Notes under the pieces: model-generated | What the model saw: only the letters and a program-made list of their open reading frames with translations | Told to the model about the DNA's origin: nothing | The model's database searches: none | Translations under genes and position numbers: made by a program | Shown: one piece after another, positions 38,727 to 51,061 of the stretch | Layout: the number at the start of each line of letters is the position of its first letter | Position numbering within the stretch: position 1 is the stretch's first letter | Assembly (NCBI GenBank): GCA_004022145.1 | Contig: RCNU01000003.1 | Length of the DNA: 64,000 nucleotides | Strand: one strand, 5' to 3' | Source of the DNA: Paecilomyces variotii | Lineage: Eukaryota

Positions 38727-39897
38727 GACATAGTCGAGCGCTGCTACGGAAGGTATTGTAAATAAACATCGCACAACAGTATAGTTCTATACGATCTATT
38801 CTCCGGAACACTCACTGTGAAATCACACTACGCTACGGTTCAAGCGAACCAAATAATTGCCCTTAGTTGTTTCAGTCTAGAAGAGGCTGTGCCTCGCTGG
38901 TGTGTCATCGTATGCCCGCGTATTCATCGCCTTCTGCAAGACGAGACCAAACATTATGGTAATGGATCTGTTCGCTCCCACTCATGTCCGGCATATCTGG
39001 TTCCAGAGGAGCATCAAATCATCTTCATAAGGCAGACATGACCTTAACTTTGGACAACTCGCAAAGATACCGTGCAACCAAGACAGCAACGGGGTACCCT
39101 CATGGTGGACTGACTGCGCGTTCTGTCAATCTAGTTCCTACTCCAGTAATGGCTGTTGCAAGAAGAGGGGTGTCTTACTGGTATATCTGGCGATCAAGTT
39201 GAGACAGACGTTTCCATGCGTTCGATAGTACTTATGAGAGCCATAAGGTTCAAACCTGCTCCGTGCCATGTGCCATGCTCAGTCTAGACTATGCGGGCGG
39301 GCGAAGGAGGGCTGAACGATCCGTGCCAACAGCATCCCTCTGTATATGTATCTGCACGCCTTTTTCCCTCCTGAGCGTGAATGGCATGTCGTGTGCCTTC
39401 CCCTGCGGTTCGAGGAAACATTATCCGGATGTTTGGCGCATTTGCATGGAGCAACAGCACTGTCGATCTTCCTTGGTCTCTCGGGATCATCCTGTTTTAC
39501 AAGGATTCTCGAAGCAGTGAGGCCGGTTGAGCTATCCGCCCGAGTTGAATTGGCCAGTGCATCAGAATACCCATCCACCGGGACCCTGGAGCTGCATCGT
39601 ACTGGCTGAGGCGCCTCACAGCGCGACAAAACTCAGACGATATTCTGCAACTATGATGTCAAATACACCAATCGTCGCTTCTAGCTGGCGTAACAAGTGG
39701 CTTTCAGTTCCTAGTCACTGGAGTCTTACACCTGGAGGCGATTCCATGTCCTGAACGAAAGTAGATACCGAGACGCCTCGCACGCGGTTGATATCTCCTG
39801 CCCAATCCGATAATGCCTTAAACTCGTGGAGAAAAAACAAGGGGACGTATTACCTAGTGGGCCCCGAGATGATATATAATGTACACATAAACCAAGA

Positions 39898-41604
39898 ATG
39901 GCGACCGTTGACAGCCATGACCCGAGCGAACATTTTACGAAATTGGATGAATACCAAGTCACCATGGCTAGCATGCTGGTTGTGTTGATAGAGACAATGG
40001 GGAGGGAGGTCAGCAAGTATCCTACCCTTCAGGAAACGCTCCTAACGGTCTTCATGTAGCTGAAACCTAAGGAGCTCGCAAGTTTGGCACTGGTGAATCA
40101 CGAACTGCACCGCCTAGTCACTCCGAATCTATACCACACCTTGCGCTTTCACAGTTCAGGCCAGATAACAAGCAGAGACCGTCTCTTGCTGATGCTCGAT
40201 ATCATGTCGGATTCGTCCTTTGATAAGACGAAGTTCACCAGAATTGTCATGGTAACAGGGTCCTGGTACCAGACTTACGACGCTATCGATTCGGACCTCG
40301 GTCCCCAGGGTGTCCTCTCTCCTGCAGCAAGAATGTTGAGCGCACTTGTTGCATGCTGTGTGGATAAAATGCAGTACTTGAAAGAGTTCATGTACGTGCA
40401 CGCGTTATAGTCATCGGGACGTTCCATGCCCTTTGCATTGAGGCTGACACTGCGGTAGCTGGGACCTTCAAGTCTCCATCACCGAGCGGTTGGTTGCATC
40501 CGTGATAGCGCGACCTCACCTCGAGAGATTGCAATTACGACTGGGCACTAATTCTACGCCAAAGCCGTATTTCCACCCAGTGCTCGGCTTCGATAGGCAT
40601 ATCAATGTTCAGTCACTGAACCTTGTACAGATTGATAACCATGCCGTTTTAGAGTCCTTTGCTGACGCCCCTCTCTTTGCAAGTAAACTCAAAGAACTCA
40701 CACTCTGGGCAGATGCAGATAGTGAACTCTCGGTGGAACCACTTCTTTCCCGCTGGCGAGATCAAAGGCAAAGGTTTCCACTTACAGCTCTTGATTTCAG
40801 GGGCTTCTCAGACCTTGGGTGGAGTCCCGCTTCGGTATGGAATTGCATATGTTCCTCGACATTGAAGGATCTGACCTTTGAGATCGGCCCATCCTTTCAG
40901 GTGTCGGACTGCAACGAATTCTGGTCGTCAGCCATGGAGGCTGGGTTGCGACCGTCACGGCTCTCAACCAATCTTCTGGCATCTGGTCTGATAGAGTTCA
41001 TCAGTTCCTTCAGCGGCCTTGAAGCCCTCAGCATCATGACTTGCGACCCCAATCGTCCAGTGGAACCACTTGGCCCTCTATTGAATTTTCTGCAGCGACA
41101 GCATTCAAATACACTGAAGGTTCTCGGCATTTGCCCGCAGGAGCATGAAGACTATCTCCTAGACGCACAGATGGTCTCAGAGCATATATTAGCGTGTCAT
41201 AAAATTGAAGAACTCCGGTTTGGACCTCGACAGCCTGACATAGTAAGATCAGACCCTCTTCCCCTGTATCCCCATGAGGTTTATGAAGTTCTGACACAAT
41301 CTTTTCACTATAGGCACCTATACTCATGGTATTAGAGCATCTGAACAGATTGCCGAGTCTGCAGATAGTCGGCCAGATGGGCTTGGCGCAGAACCAGGAG
41401 TACGTGCAAAACGTGATATCCTATGCCTTGGAACATGGGATTGGCAATAACCTTATATACGTCGCCTTCGATGACGGCCCAGTCTACATGATTAACCGGA
41501 CGATGTCGATTGTGTGGTTAAAGGTAAAAAACACGGTCGGCTATATAGAGGACTCTGTCCTTCTTCATGAGAAGCTTTTCAGCTGGGTATCTCGTGGTAC
41601 TTAA
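39898..41604 (+). CDS. F-box-like / RNI-like hypothetical protein, 3 introns
   Basis: TATATAA ~25 nt upstream of ATG 39898. Spliced reading ...ETMGRE|LKPKELASLALVNHELHRLVTPNLY (F-box-like), followed by LxxLxL repeats. Exons join in frame at GT-AG sites. Confidence 0.6.
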
Positions 41605-42042
41605 GAGGAACGTTTCTGGCAGCTGGTCATACATTTGCACGTCCTTCCTTACCTGTGTTTGATCAGGGCATGCTGTCATGGCTGATAAGTGCTTCGAGAT
41701 ATCCCAGATATCTGATCGTCGATGTTTCCGAAAATTATCTGATCAACTATATGATACCCTACACCTTTAAATTGGTAGTATTAGGCGATTGATTATCACT
41801 AACTTGGGAAATTGGAGACTGGTCGGATTTCCCTCTCCATTCATTCATGAACTCCAACTGGGGACCGACAAAGTACAGTTAATTACCTTGTTCGATCTGT
41901 TCGCATTTTTCTGTCTTTTGTTCTGCAGACACTCGTGGAAATAAAAGTTTCTATCATGAACAGATAGCCAATGGAGATCGAGAAGTTCGAACTGTACACA
42001 CTTTCACGTCGTTCCCTCGCTGTTTTTGCACTATGAGAAGGG

Positions 42043-43896
42043 TCACAACCGAGAGGCTCCAACATCTGCGATCCTTAGGACCGCTCGTCCTCTCACTTGA
42101 TACTTCTCGAGCTTGAGCATGACATCGTTGATATCGTCAAAATCAAAGACCTCATAAGCCGACGAGACTTTCCCATCCGCAGCTAACTTGAGCAATTCCT
42201 GCATCTCATCTTCTGTACCAACGGCGCTGCCCACCACCTGATAGCCTGTCTTACTGTCAGTTTCTGTCAAGACCAGAGCCAGACAGGCAGGTCCGTCGCA
42301 GAGCAGCTCACCTTTGTTGACGCAGTCCAAAGGCGAGATCGGAATATGATAGTCCGGGTGCGGCAGTCCAACACAGACGAGCGTACCTAGAGGTCGTAGC
42401 AGCTTCGCACCCTGTTCGTATGCTTGCTCGAGGCCGACAACTACCACGACCGCATGAGCTCCGAGTCCATCTGAGATGTACTTGATCTTATCTTCGACCT
42501 ACAACCTACAATTAGCTCGAGACGGATAGTTGGGCGCAAGATAGAAAAAGTACTTGCGTTTTCTTTCAAGTCGACAAAGGCTGTTGCGCCTGAGTGCAAG
42601 CAGATGTCCTTTTTAGACTCACTAGTTCAGTGTCAGATGTGGTCTAAGTATGCTCACGATCGCGTTCCTGTAAACAAGGAAGAAGAAGACTTGCCTATCC
42701 ACAGCAATTACGCGATACCCCATCTCCTTTCCGATCTGAATTCCTCTGTGTTTTGCACGTCAGATTTAAACACGCCAGCGTCATCCTTCATAGGAGAGAT
42801 AATTCTTACAAGTGGCCCAAACCACCACCCGCACCCATAAGAACGACCCAGTCGCCTTTCTCACAGTACCTGTCTAGCTTCTTCAGAGCGCCATACATCG
42901 TGACTCCAGCTGTATTGAGTCCAGTCAGGACAGACTCCACTCTTGATAGGAAAAATTCACATACCGCAGAGAAGAGGAGCGACAGCCTCTGGTTTGAGAC
43001 CTTCTGGAATGACGGTCACGAAGTCTGCAGGGGAAACCATGTATTCTGTGCTTGGTTAGATGAATCACCAAGATGGAAGGCGTGTTTTCATTCATGGCCG
43101 TACCTTGAAAAGTTCCCGGGACATTCTATTCATGTCAGCAATTCGAGCCCATCGAGGGAGATGTACAGTACATATAGTTCTGCGTTCCCAACTCACCCTT
43201 CCGCAATTATTCTGATTCGGACAGTTTGTATACCTGATTTTGCAGGTGGGACACTTTTTACATGCACTATACAGCCATCTTTAACCGCCCAGTGAAAGTA
43301 GTGTCGAGAGTTAGCATAGATGCATCTCACATCGCTAATATCTTAACCTCGCGCATGATTGACAATTATGGGAAAGGAAAAAAAAAAAAACATATTGAGC
43401 AAGTACTCACTTAACACCGACTCTCTTGTCCATCAACTTGCTCGAAGTGCCAGGTCCAACTATTGCGTATTAAGTAAAAGTATATCATCAGTCCTCGGTT
43501 CTCTTCTCATCTCGAATAACACTTCCTTCTATCTCATAATAAGAAAGATAGATAATAAAAAAGACTAAACTCACGAGCAACAACTCTCCCAACGCCCTCA
43601 TGGCCAGCAATATGCGTCGTCATCGGCAAGTCGCCATAGATATTATGTAGGTCGGAATGACTAGTCAGATAGAATACAATCAATAAGTAAAGAAAAAATT
43701 CAGAAAATAAGCGCCCTAAATCTAACTGGTATTGTTTATTGGATATTGTAGCGACATACCAGAATCCGCTGCACTCCATCTTAATCAACACTTCTCCCTC
43801 AGCGGGTTTAGGGACCGGCACATCGCGTCTGAGGGTTAGTGTTGCATGCGGTTTAGGCACGTCCACCCAGGCGACTTTTTGAAGTTGAGGAATCAT
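42043..43896 (-). CDS. Zinc-dependent alcohol dehydrogenase (MDR), 10 introns
   Basis: Spliced reading gives GFCHSD, GHEGVG, CKKCPTC...C, APLLCAG, GAGGGLGH and GRAVL. Confidence 0.88.
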
Positions 43897-44695
43897 GATA
43901 TGTATATCCAGCTAAAGAAAGAACAAGTGAATAGACTTCGAATTCAAGATCAGAAATACTTTTCCGGTCACATTTAGATAAATACATTCCATCTAGGTCT
44001 AGTCAAGGCGTCACAATATATATATTCCCGAAATAGCCTCCGTTCCCACATTTCCCGGTCTAACCAGTATCTCCCCCCCTCTTCGTTCAACGATCGTCAG
44101 GCAAAAGTCTCCTCCAAGCAAGTGAATTACCCGAGAAAGTAACCCACGTCCCCATGGCTTTTGACCGAAGTTAGAATAGCACGGTTGATTGATTCTCTCT
44201 GGGCCGACTGTTGTGGTCTCCAGATCTCATGATTCATGTGGGGCTCGGGATGTGGATAGGAAACAAACAAAGATCGTGATGAAATGAGGTGGGGTGATGC
44301 GATGTTCTTGTCTGGATTTACCCTGATCTTGAATATGTATTTTGTTCGTTTTACTCTAGTTGAGTTTGAATTTTCTTGTTTCAGATCAAATCTACTCTAG
44401 TAATGAGATTGAACTAACTATATCCGACCGCTATTCGGTATAGATATGAGCCTGTCTGACAAGATGCATTGCCCGTGCGCATGTGGATATCTCAGTATGG
44501 CGCGCGAGAACTCGAAAGCAGTACAGACAAGATACTCCCTTGTAGACAGTACCATAAGCACGTAATATAAGAGCTTGCAGAGAAAGGTCAAATGGAAGTA
44601 CATACCACTTCTTTAGGTATCCAACCAACATCCCGGACTCGTGTCCACCATGTCGCTAGTTGGGCAAGCTCTCGACATTGACAAGATACTCTGCA

Positions 44696-45330
44696 TTACT
44701 GCAGTCCCTTCTCCCAGTCCAGATAATCCATCTCTCCCAGCTTTACCCATTGCGTATTCTTCCACGGCTTGTATCCCACAAGCAATAGAAAGGATACATA
44801 TCCTAGAATATAGTTGGCGACAAAGTTCTGCGCCCTCAATGGGTCGAGCAGAGCTGGATCTCCTTGAAAGGGGGTCAAAAGCAGCAATCTCAATGACAGA
44901 TAGCCCATATTTTAAATGTATGTAGCGACTAGACAGACGGTTAGTATCCAGGACACCTGCGAGGGGGAGTGGTAAAATCCTACCTCCAGACAAAGTGATA
45001 AGCTCTGAGTAAGGTGTGCCAGCACTAGAATATAGAGAAATAACGATATACAGGCGAAGATATTTGAAAACAATAATACCCACGCCACGGTCCTCTTCTC
45101 TTATTCGTACGCATCTAGGAAGTAGGGAGCCTTGTCATTCCGGCCCATGTTTGGCAGCGTCCTCGATACCACGTAAAGAGAGCTGTTACCAGCAGATATC
45201 ACAGACGAAATCATTAATCCATTAACCAGAGGCGCGGCAGGTGGTAGTATACCAGCATCCTCGAGCGGAATGGCAAGGGGCGAGCTAGAGCCTTGTCTCA
45301 CTAAATAGTCGGTGTTGTTGAAGTCACGAC
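44696..45330 (-). pseudogene. Frameshifted C-terminal remnant of a YAT-family amino acid permease
   Basis: SSPLAIPLEDAGIL...NGLMISSVISAGNSSLYVVSRTL and FQG...NFVANYI...GYKPWKNTQWVKLGEMD fragments in different frames. No N-terminal half is visible. Confidence 0.75.
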
Positions 45331-46217
45331 ATCTGCACGAGTGGGTCCTCTTCCAGACGATAAAACGATAATTAACGATCTCTCTTGAGCGCCTGATCGA
45401 AATATCAATCTCTGGCAACGGGGGGAGACTGCAGAAAGCTGAATTTACTAGATCTTGAGAGTCAGTTTAGCAATGCAGCAAGTGACGATAGAAGGTGGAT
45501 ATTGCTACTTCTCTTCGATCCCTTGATCCTTCATCTATCTCATATGAACCAGGGAGAATGCTTATAGGATATCGGTCGCTTACACGCGTGCCAGGCATCA
45601 ATCTCTTTGGCGAGGTTGCTTGGTTAAATCTGCTTCCGCACTCGCGATCCGAAGCAAGGATGGCGCGAGAGAGTGTCGCAAGAGACTGAGCAGAAGGAGT
45701 AAAGCAGCTGCGACTGTGCATGAAATAATTCTTGAAGTATTTTTGTGAGTAGACTTGTATTCTTTCTGGTAGAGTTACGATGCAGCCCTGCGAGATAGTA
45801 AGGGCCATGCCTAATAACCTTGTCTTGACGGCGAGTACTAGTATCTATATCGAACTTTATTAGATAGTACTCAACTGCATGCTAATACCAAGTGGAACGG
45901 TCAATTATACAGTAAATAGATACTATCATATGTTATTACAAGTGAAGGGTATACAAGAGAGGATCATCTATGTTTTTGAAAATGTGGTCTGGTTTTCTTG
46001 TACTGTCGCCCGCCGCCAGCTACACGGCCTTGAGTAAACAAACAAACATACAAAGAAGCAAAGCACATCATCCATCATGACCTCCCATCCTCATAACCAT
46101 TGCCAGTCCGTATCAATGCAGATTTGGTAATCAGTGTGTGTGTAGGGGTATATCAAGGAAGAGAAAAGATTGATGTGTGTAGGAGAAAAGGTATCATCTT
46201 TTAACAAGGCCTCAGAC

Positions 46218-46453
46218 CGTTCCTAGACATGGGGTGAACACCTTAGTCGACTCCGCAGAGGACCGAGTCACGAATCCCACCAGTACTCCGTTCATCATGT
46301 GGTGACCTGCAAAAAAAGGGATCCCTCTTCCTCTCCAGCCCCAGAGCGTTCCTAGACATGGGGCGGCACCTTAGTCGACTCCGCAGAGGACAGAGCCACG
46401 AATCTCCACCAGTACTCTGTTCGTCATCTGGTGGCCTTTGAAAGAAGAGGGAT
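46218..46453. repeat. Imperfect tandem direct repeat (~105-bp unit, 129-bp period)
   Basis: CGTTCCTAGACATGGGG...CACCTTAGTCGACTCCGCAGAGGAC...CACCAGTACTC...AGGGAT at 46218-46322 and 46347-46453. Confidence 0.9.
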
Positions 46454-47962
46454 GTTATGTCGAAGTCATGAAGGAAGACAGTGACTCTCGTGGCCAAACA
46501 CGAAACGTATGCAAGTGCGATAAGCTCCTCGAGGGACGTAGGTAAGGCCCGTAAGTGATGAAAACCCGCAATCCCTCGAACATAAACCCGTGAAAGATGT
46601 GAAATAGCCGACAAAGCCCACAAAACCCGCAAAGCCCACAGAAGGATAGGGAAGAAAAGGTATCTCCCGGAGGATCCCATGCGAAGTGGAGGAGGTGTGT
46701 GTGTGGAATGGGGTAGTGTAATGTGTGAAGGGAGTGTGCAGTCCGAGCCGTCAGATGTGTGTGAGTGATCCATCATCAACGCGTATTGCGTTTCAGATTA
46801 CGCTGATAGGAACTTGTCCTCATCATGCAGACTCGTGTATGAGTGGAATGAAATAAATCGCTTATAGCGAGGGAGGGGGCTTGGTAGGACGGTACGCAGA
46901 CCTGCCTCTCTTCCACCCCGACTCCCACCGAAGCGGTTGCCAGAGGGCCTCTCTCTGAGACAGGTGGCGTCCGTCGTACCATACGTACCTAGACGCGTCT
47001 TTGTGGATGACTCCAACGTTGTGTGATCGCGTCTTTGCAAACTCAGGGCTTGTAGCCAAGTCAAGATATCAATCGAAGTGTGAAGTGGGGTGGGTAGGCA
47101 AGGTAGGTAACTGACAAAGTGATGTGCAAGCTACATGTAGATGGAAGAAACTACTTTGAACTCGATCACCTCTGCTGAGGAGAAAGGAAGGAGAGAAGGA
47201 GAGAAGGAGAGAAGAAGAAGCCAGGTCGAGGGGGGGAAGGGGGTTATTTATACCCTGGGCAGAGAGCTCGCTTACGCTAGTGCCGTTCAGAATTCGAGTT
47301 CAGAGAGTCTGATTGGCTCAAAGGAAGCGAGAATGGCAGGGAAGGGCGATGTTAGAATCACAAAAGAAAAGTCGAGGGGTTGGTAGGAAGGGCTTGTGTT
47401 GTTGATGGGATCTCCCGTTGACGAGGCGGGTGATGTTTTGATATCAGGAACGCAGAACCACGAATATTGCGGGAGATATCCACCAAATACACGTTAGCGG
47501 CGGGAGATCCCGTTAAGAAAGGACCGGAGTGATTAGTCTTCTACTAAGTCCCCCAATATAAGATATATCTCGCCAAAGATAGGTACGATACCCCTGAATC
47601 TGATAGCAGACGCCAGGGGAAGTGGACATTGGCCGTTGGGACACAGTTTAGAGACCAACAACCTGTGGCATGCGCAGTTTTTGATGGCAATTATGTTAAT
47701 TTGATACACTCAATACTTGTGAAGGATATAGACGAAGATTCTTCTGATCATGAACAGGACACTTGACATCTAGAACTTGGAAAAGCACGCCGACGAAGCC
47801 TACATCGAGAATACAGCCAAGAAGACCTACATAGATAGTGGAATACAGGGCAGAGATAAGCATAGGAACAATACAATGGGTACGTTTTAAATGACATTCT
47901 CCCTACTCGCTAGACTATGGACAAAACAGAGCAAAACAGATCATCAATGTCCTCGACGCATA

Positions 47963-49630
47963 TTAAGCAGCGCAACCTGACAGAGTACCGACAAAGGTCT
48001 CTCCCCACCGACCGCTGCGATTCATTAGCATATATGTCAGTAGAATGGTGGACAAGATAAGACCAACCTAGTATTATACTCGATGAAATTCTTCAACTTC
48101 TCATAGTTGGCTTTGCGCTGATCTTCCGGCATGGTTAGGGCTTTATTCACTGCTTCTGATATATCCTTCGGATTAGCAGGATGGAATATAATGGCCCCAT
48201 CCTTCATAAATGCGGACGCTCCAGTGAACTGAGAAAGAGCCATCACCCCGTGTTTCTCTTGCTGGCATGCGACGTATTCAAAGGAGACAAGGTTCATTCC
48301 ATCACGAGTCGAGGAAAGAAGGCACACATCGGCAACGGAGTACAGAGCAGTAAGCTCTGGGAAAGGGACTGAACGGTGGAGGTATAATAGCGGAGTCGAA
48401 TCAGGAGTAGCTACTAAAGTCAGCCTAATGAATTCAACACGCTGAAGAGTGATCATCTTACCATATTTGCCATTGATCTTTCCCACAATGGTACTTATCT
48501 CAGTCTCCAATTCCTGATACTCTTTCACATCTTCTCTACTCGGCACGGCGACTTGAATGAGAAGGACCTTCCCTCTCCATTCCGGATGCTCATCTAAGAA
48601 GGTATCATATCCGATGAGCTTCTGGGTGAGACCCTTGATGTAATCCAGCCTATCCACCCCCAGAATGACTTTGATGTCCTTATAACGCTCATTCAACTGG
48701 CTGATACGGTTCTGGACATCAGGTTGTTGCTTCGTATCCACGAACTTCTGCGGGTCAATTCCGACGATGAATTTGTCCGTCAAGATGAGGCGGCCATTGT
48801 ATTGAATCTTATTCGGGATCGTTGTATCCGCGTTGCTGTGAAATAATTGTCAGTTCAAGCTAGTTAGAATGGAACGGATGATTGCGGCAAGACATACAGG
48901 ACCAGACCACAGCTGTTGATGAAGTTCTGCTTGTATTCATCCGTATGGAAGCCAACCAGGTTACTTGCTAGCAAGCCTTGCAACAACTCCGCTGATACGG
49001 GTAGCGAACGCCAGAAGTCCGCAGCTGGGAATGGCGTGTGCAAAGAGAACCCAATAGGGCATCTCTTTCCCTGCTTGGCTAACCGCTCGCGAAGAAGCTT
49101 CGGGAGAAGCATCAGATGGTAATCGTGCACCCAGATGAGATCTCCATCATTCGCTGCTTCTGCGACGCTGTCCGCAAATAATTCGTTTACTTTTCGGTAA
49201 GCTTCCCAGGGTCCATCCTTAAATAGCACGCCAGAGTGATAGTGGAGGCTAGGCCATAGGATTTGATCTTTTCAACGAAGAAACGGGACTATCAGTATCT
49301 CTTTTCATACACACGGCTTAGGATTTGCGACTCACTGGAAAATCCATTATAATGCTCGTGAGCAAGTTCATCAGACAAAAATATGGGGTACGCGTCGTGT
49401 TCCCCCAAACTCCTCTTAACCTCCTCGATCTCTGACGGTTCCTTGACTTCAAGTCCGGGCCATCCAAACCAGCGGAACTTCGTAGTCTTCGTCAGACCAG
49501 ACAGAGAGGTGACCAGCCCTCCGCTAGAAACATTCGACTGATACGAGCCATCAGGAGCACGCTTGACTGACAGCGGCAGACGGTTGGAGACGACGATTAA
49601 GTTCTTCTTGACGGATTCGCTGACAGACAT
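47963..49630 (-). CDS. Trehalose-6-phosphate synthase (GT20), short paralog type, 4 introns
   Basis: VVSNRLP, SSGGLV, WFGWPG, HYNGFS, WVHDYHL, LHTPFP, GVDRLDYIKG and RDGMNLV. Last exon ends GRWGETFV...CAA-TAA at 47963. Confidence 0.95.
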
Positions 49631-49823
49631 GACGACTGGCTGCCCACTGTACATGCGACTGGATCGTTGGCAATGCCTAACAGGCCAGAAAGAAGAAAAA
49701 AAGGCTGCGATTAAACTCTCTTGATGCTGGAAGCTGCTACAGTAGGTCTGGAACGATACGCGATCGACATACGGTAGGGATATAAAAGAACGACCACCGC
49801 GAGACGAGAAGATTCCGTGAAAG

Positions 49824-50158
49824 ATACGTCAGAGAAAGCCTCCAGCTAGGAACAGGAAAAGGAGCGCCCCTGGAAGGGGCAATCCATGCTCTCTAGTTTG
49901 GTCTACTATGATGAGGATACTACATGGCTAGAACTGCTGAGAGGGGCCAAGGATAAGCATTGTTACAATCCTCTGGACTGGAGATGGCTTCCGACCATCA
50001 ATAACTGCTTATCCCAAATATATGGAGCTCCCATTAGACAAGTCACATTTCTCCAAGGCAGAACATGGAGAGTATATCCAACCACAACTGTGCCAATTCG
50101 TCCACGTTCCCTGGTTGAATGCTACCCAATCCATCAGACGACGGTCCGTTTTACGTCA
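49824..50158. promoter_or_regulatory. STRE (AGGGG/CCCCT) and ATF/CRE-like (TGACGT) sites upstream of the TPS gene
   Basis: CCCCT at 49867-49871, AGGGG at 49875-49879 and 49942-49946. ACGTCA at ~49826 and TTACGTCA at ~50151. Confidence 0.4.
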
Positions 50159-51061
50159 ATATTGATTCAGCAACGGCAGTATAAGTTGGTAAGGCTGAGT
50201 CTTGGCTCCTTTGGCTGGATTCAGACGCTTTCATGATTGTCGTTGATCGGGCGAGAGAAGCGGGCATCTGGTGGCGTGGACGTCATCGATGGCGCTCGAA
50301 GACCAAGATCTTCCGATGCCAAGATATCCCGCTCTCTAGCCATTGATCGACTATGTAACTCCTCGATGCTATGAGCCGGAAATTCTTCCCGGTCCTGGTG
50401 TTTTTCATACATGTTGCTGGGTATCCAGATGGGCCATTTATTCTCTCTCGTGTGATAAAGTTTAAGTTAGCCTTTCGATAGGATATCCCATCAGATGGAC
50501 TCGGTGAATACCTAATCCAACATGAGATAGCAAACTGTACCCACGTGCGAAGAGGACGCGTATTCCCTAGACGCTCGTATGATACCCATATAACACGTCT
50601 TTATGTGATGCAAGAGCTGCATACTCTATCTCATCATCACTACAGAAGGGGATGAAAGCCATCTGACTCATGCCCTTGACAGTTGACCTGAAGGCGCCAT
50701 GATACTCGAGTACATACTCTGATCATTTCCAAATGTGCCATATATATATCATTCTGACCATATGCCTATCGTACAATGCAAATAACAAATTTCCTTGGGC
50801 CTCTGCAAAATAGAACGACGCTGGAGCGCCCCCAGGACACCAACTCGATGATCCACGATAACTAACGCCAAAACCGATATTTGTTGCCAGCCAGTAAAGA
50901 ATACAGAAAAGAAGCAAGATACTAGAAGGGATCAAAGCTCGCTACTAATAACCAAGACGGGAATTAAAAGAAGTTCCAGATCATGCTAAATGCAAACAGG
51001 GGGGTTCACGCGAAGAGGCAATCAAAGTATATGCAGCAAAGAGCTTGATGGGGGGGATTAA

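Noticed and set aside
39263-39754. Overlapping 68-116 aa ORFs on both strands
   Set aside because: No motif or splice-consistent gene model could be built. At most a decayed fragment.
46218-46453. CRISPR-like array
   Set aside because: Only two long imperfect copies in a eukaryotic context, with no spacers and no cas genes.
25127-50900. Starship-type giant transposon carrying the accessory genes
   Set aside because: No DUF3435 tyrosine recombinase, typical auxiliary genes or boundary repeats are visible in this window.
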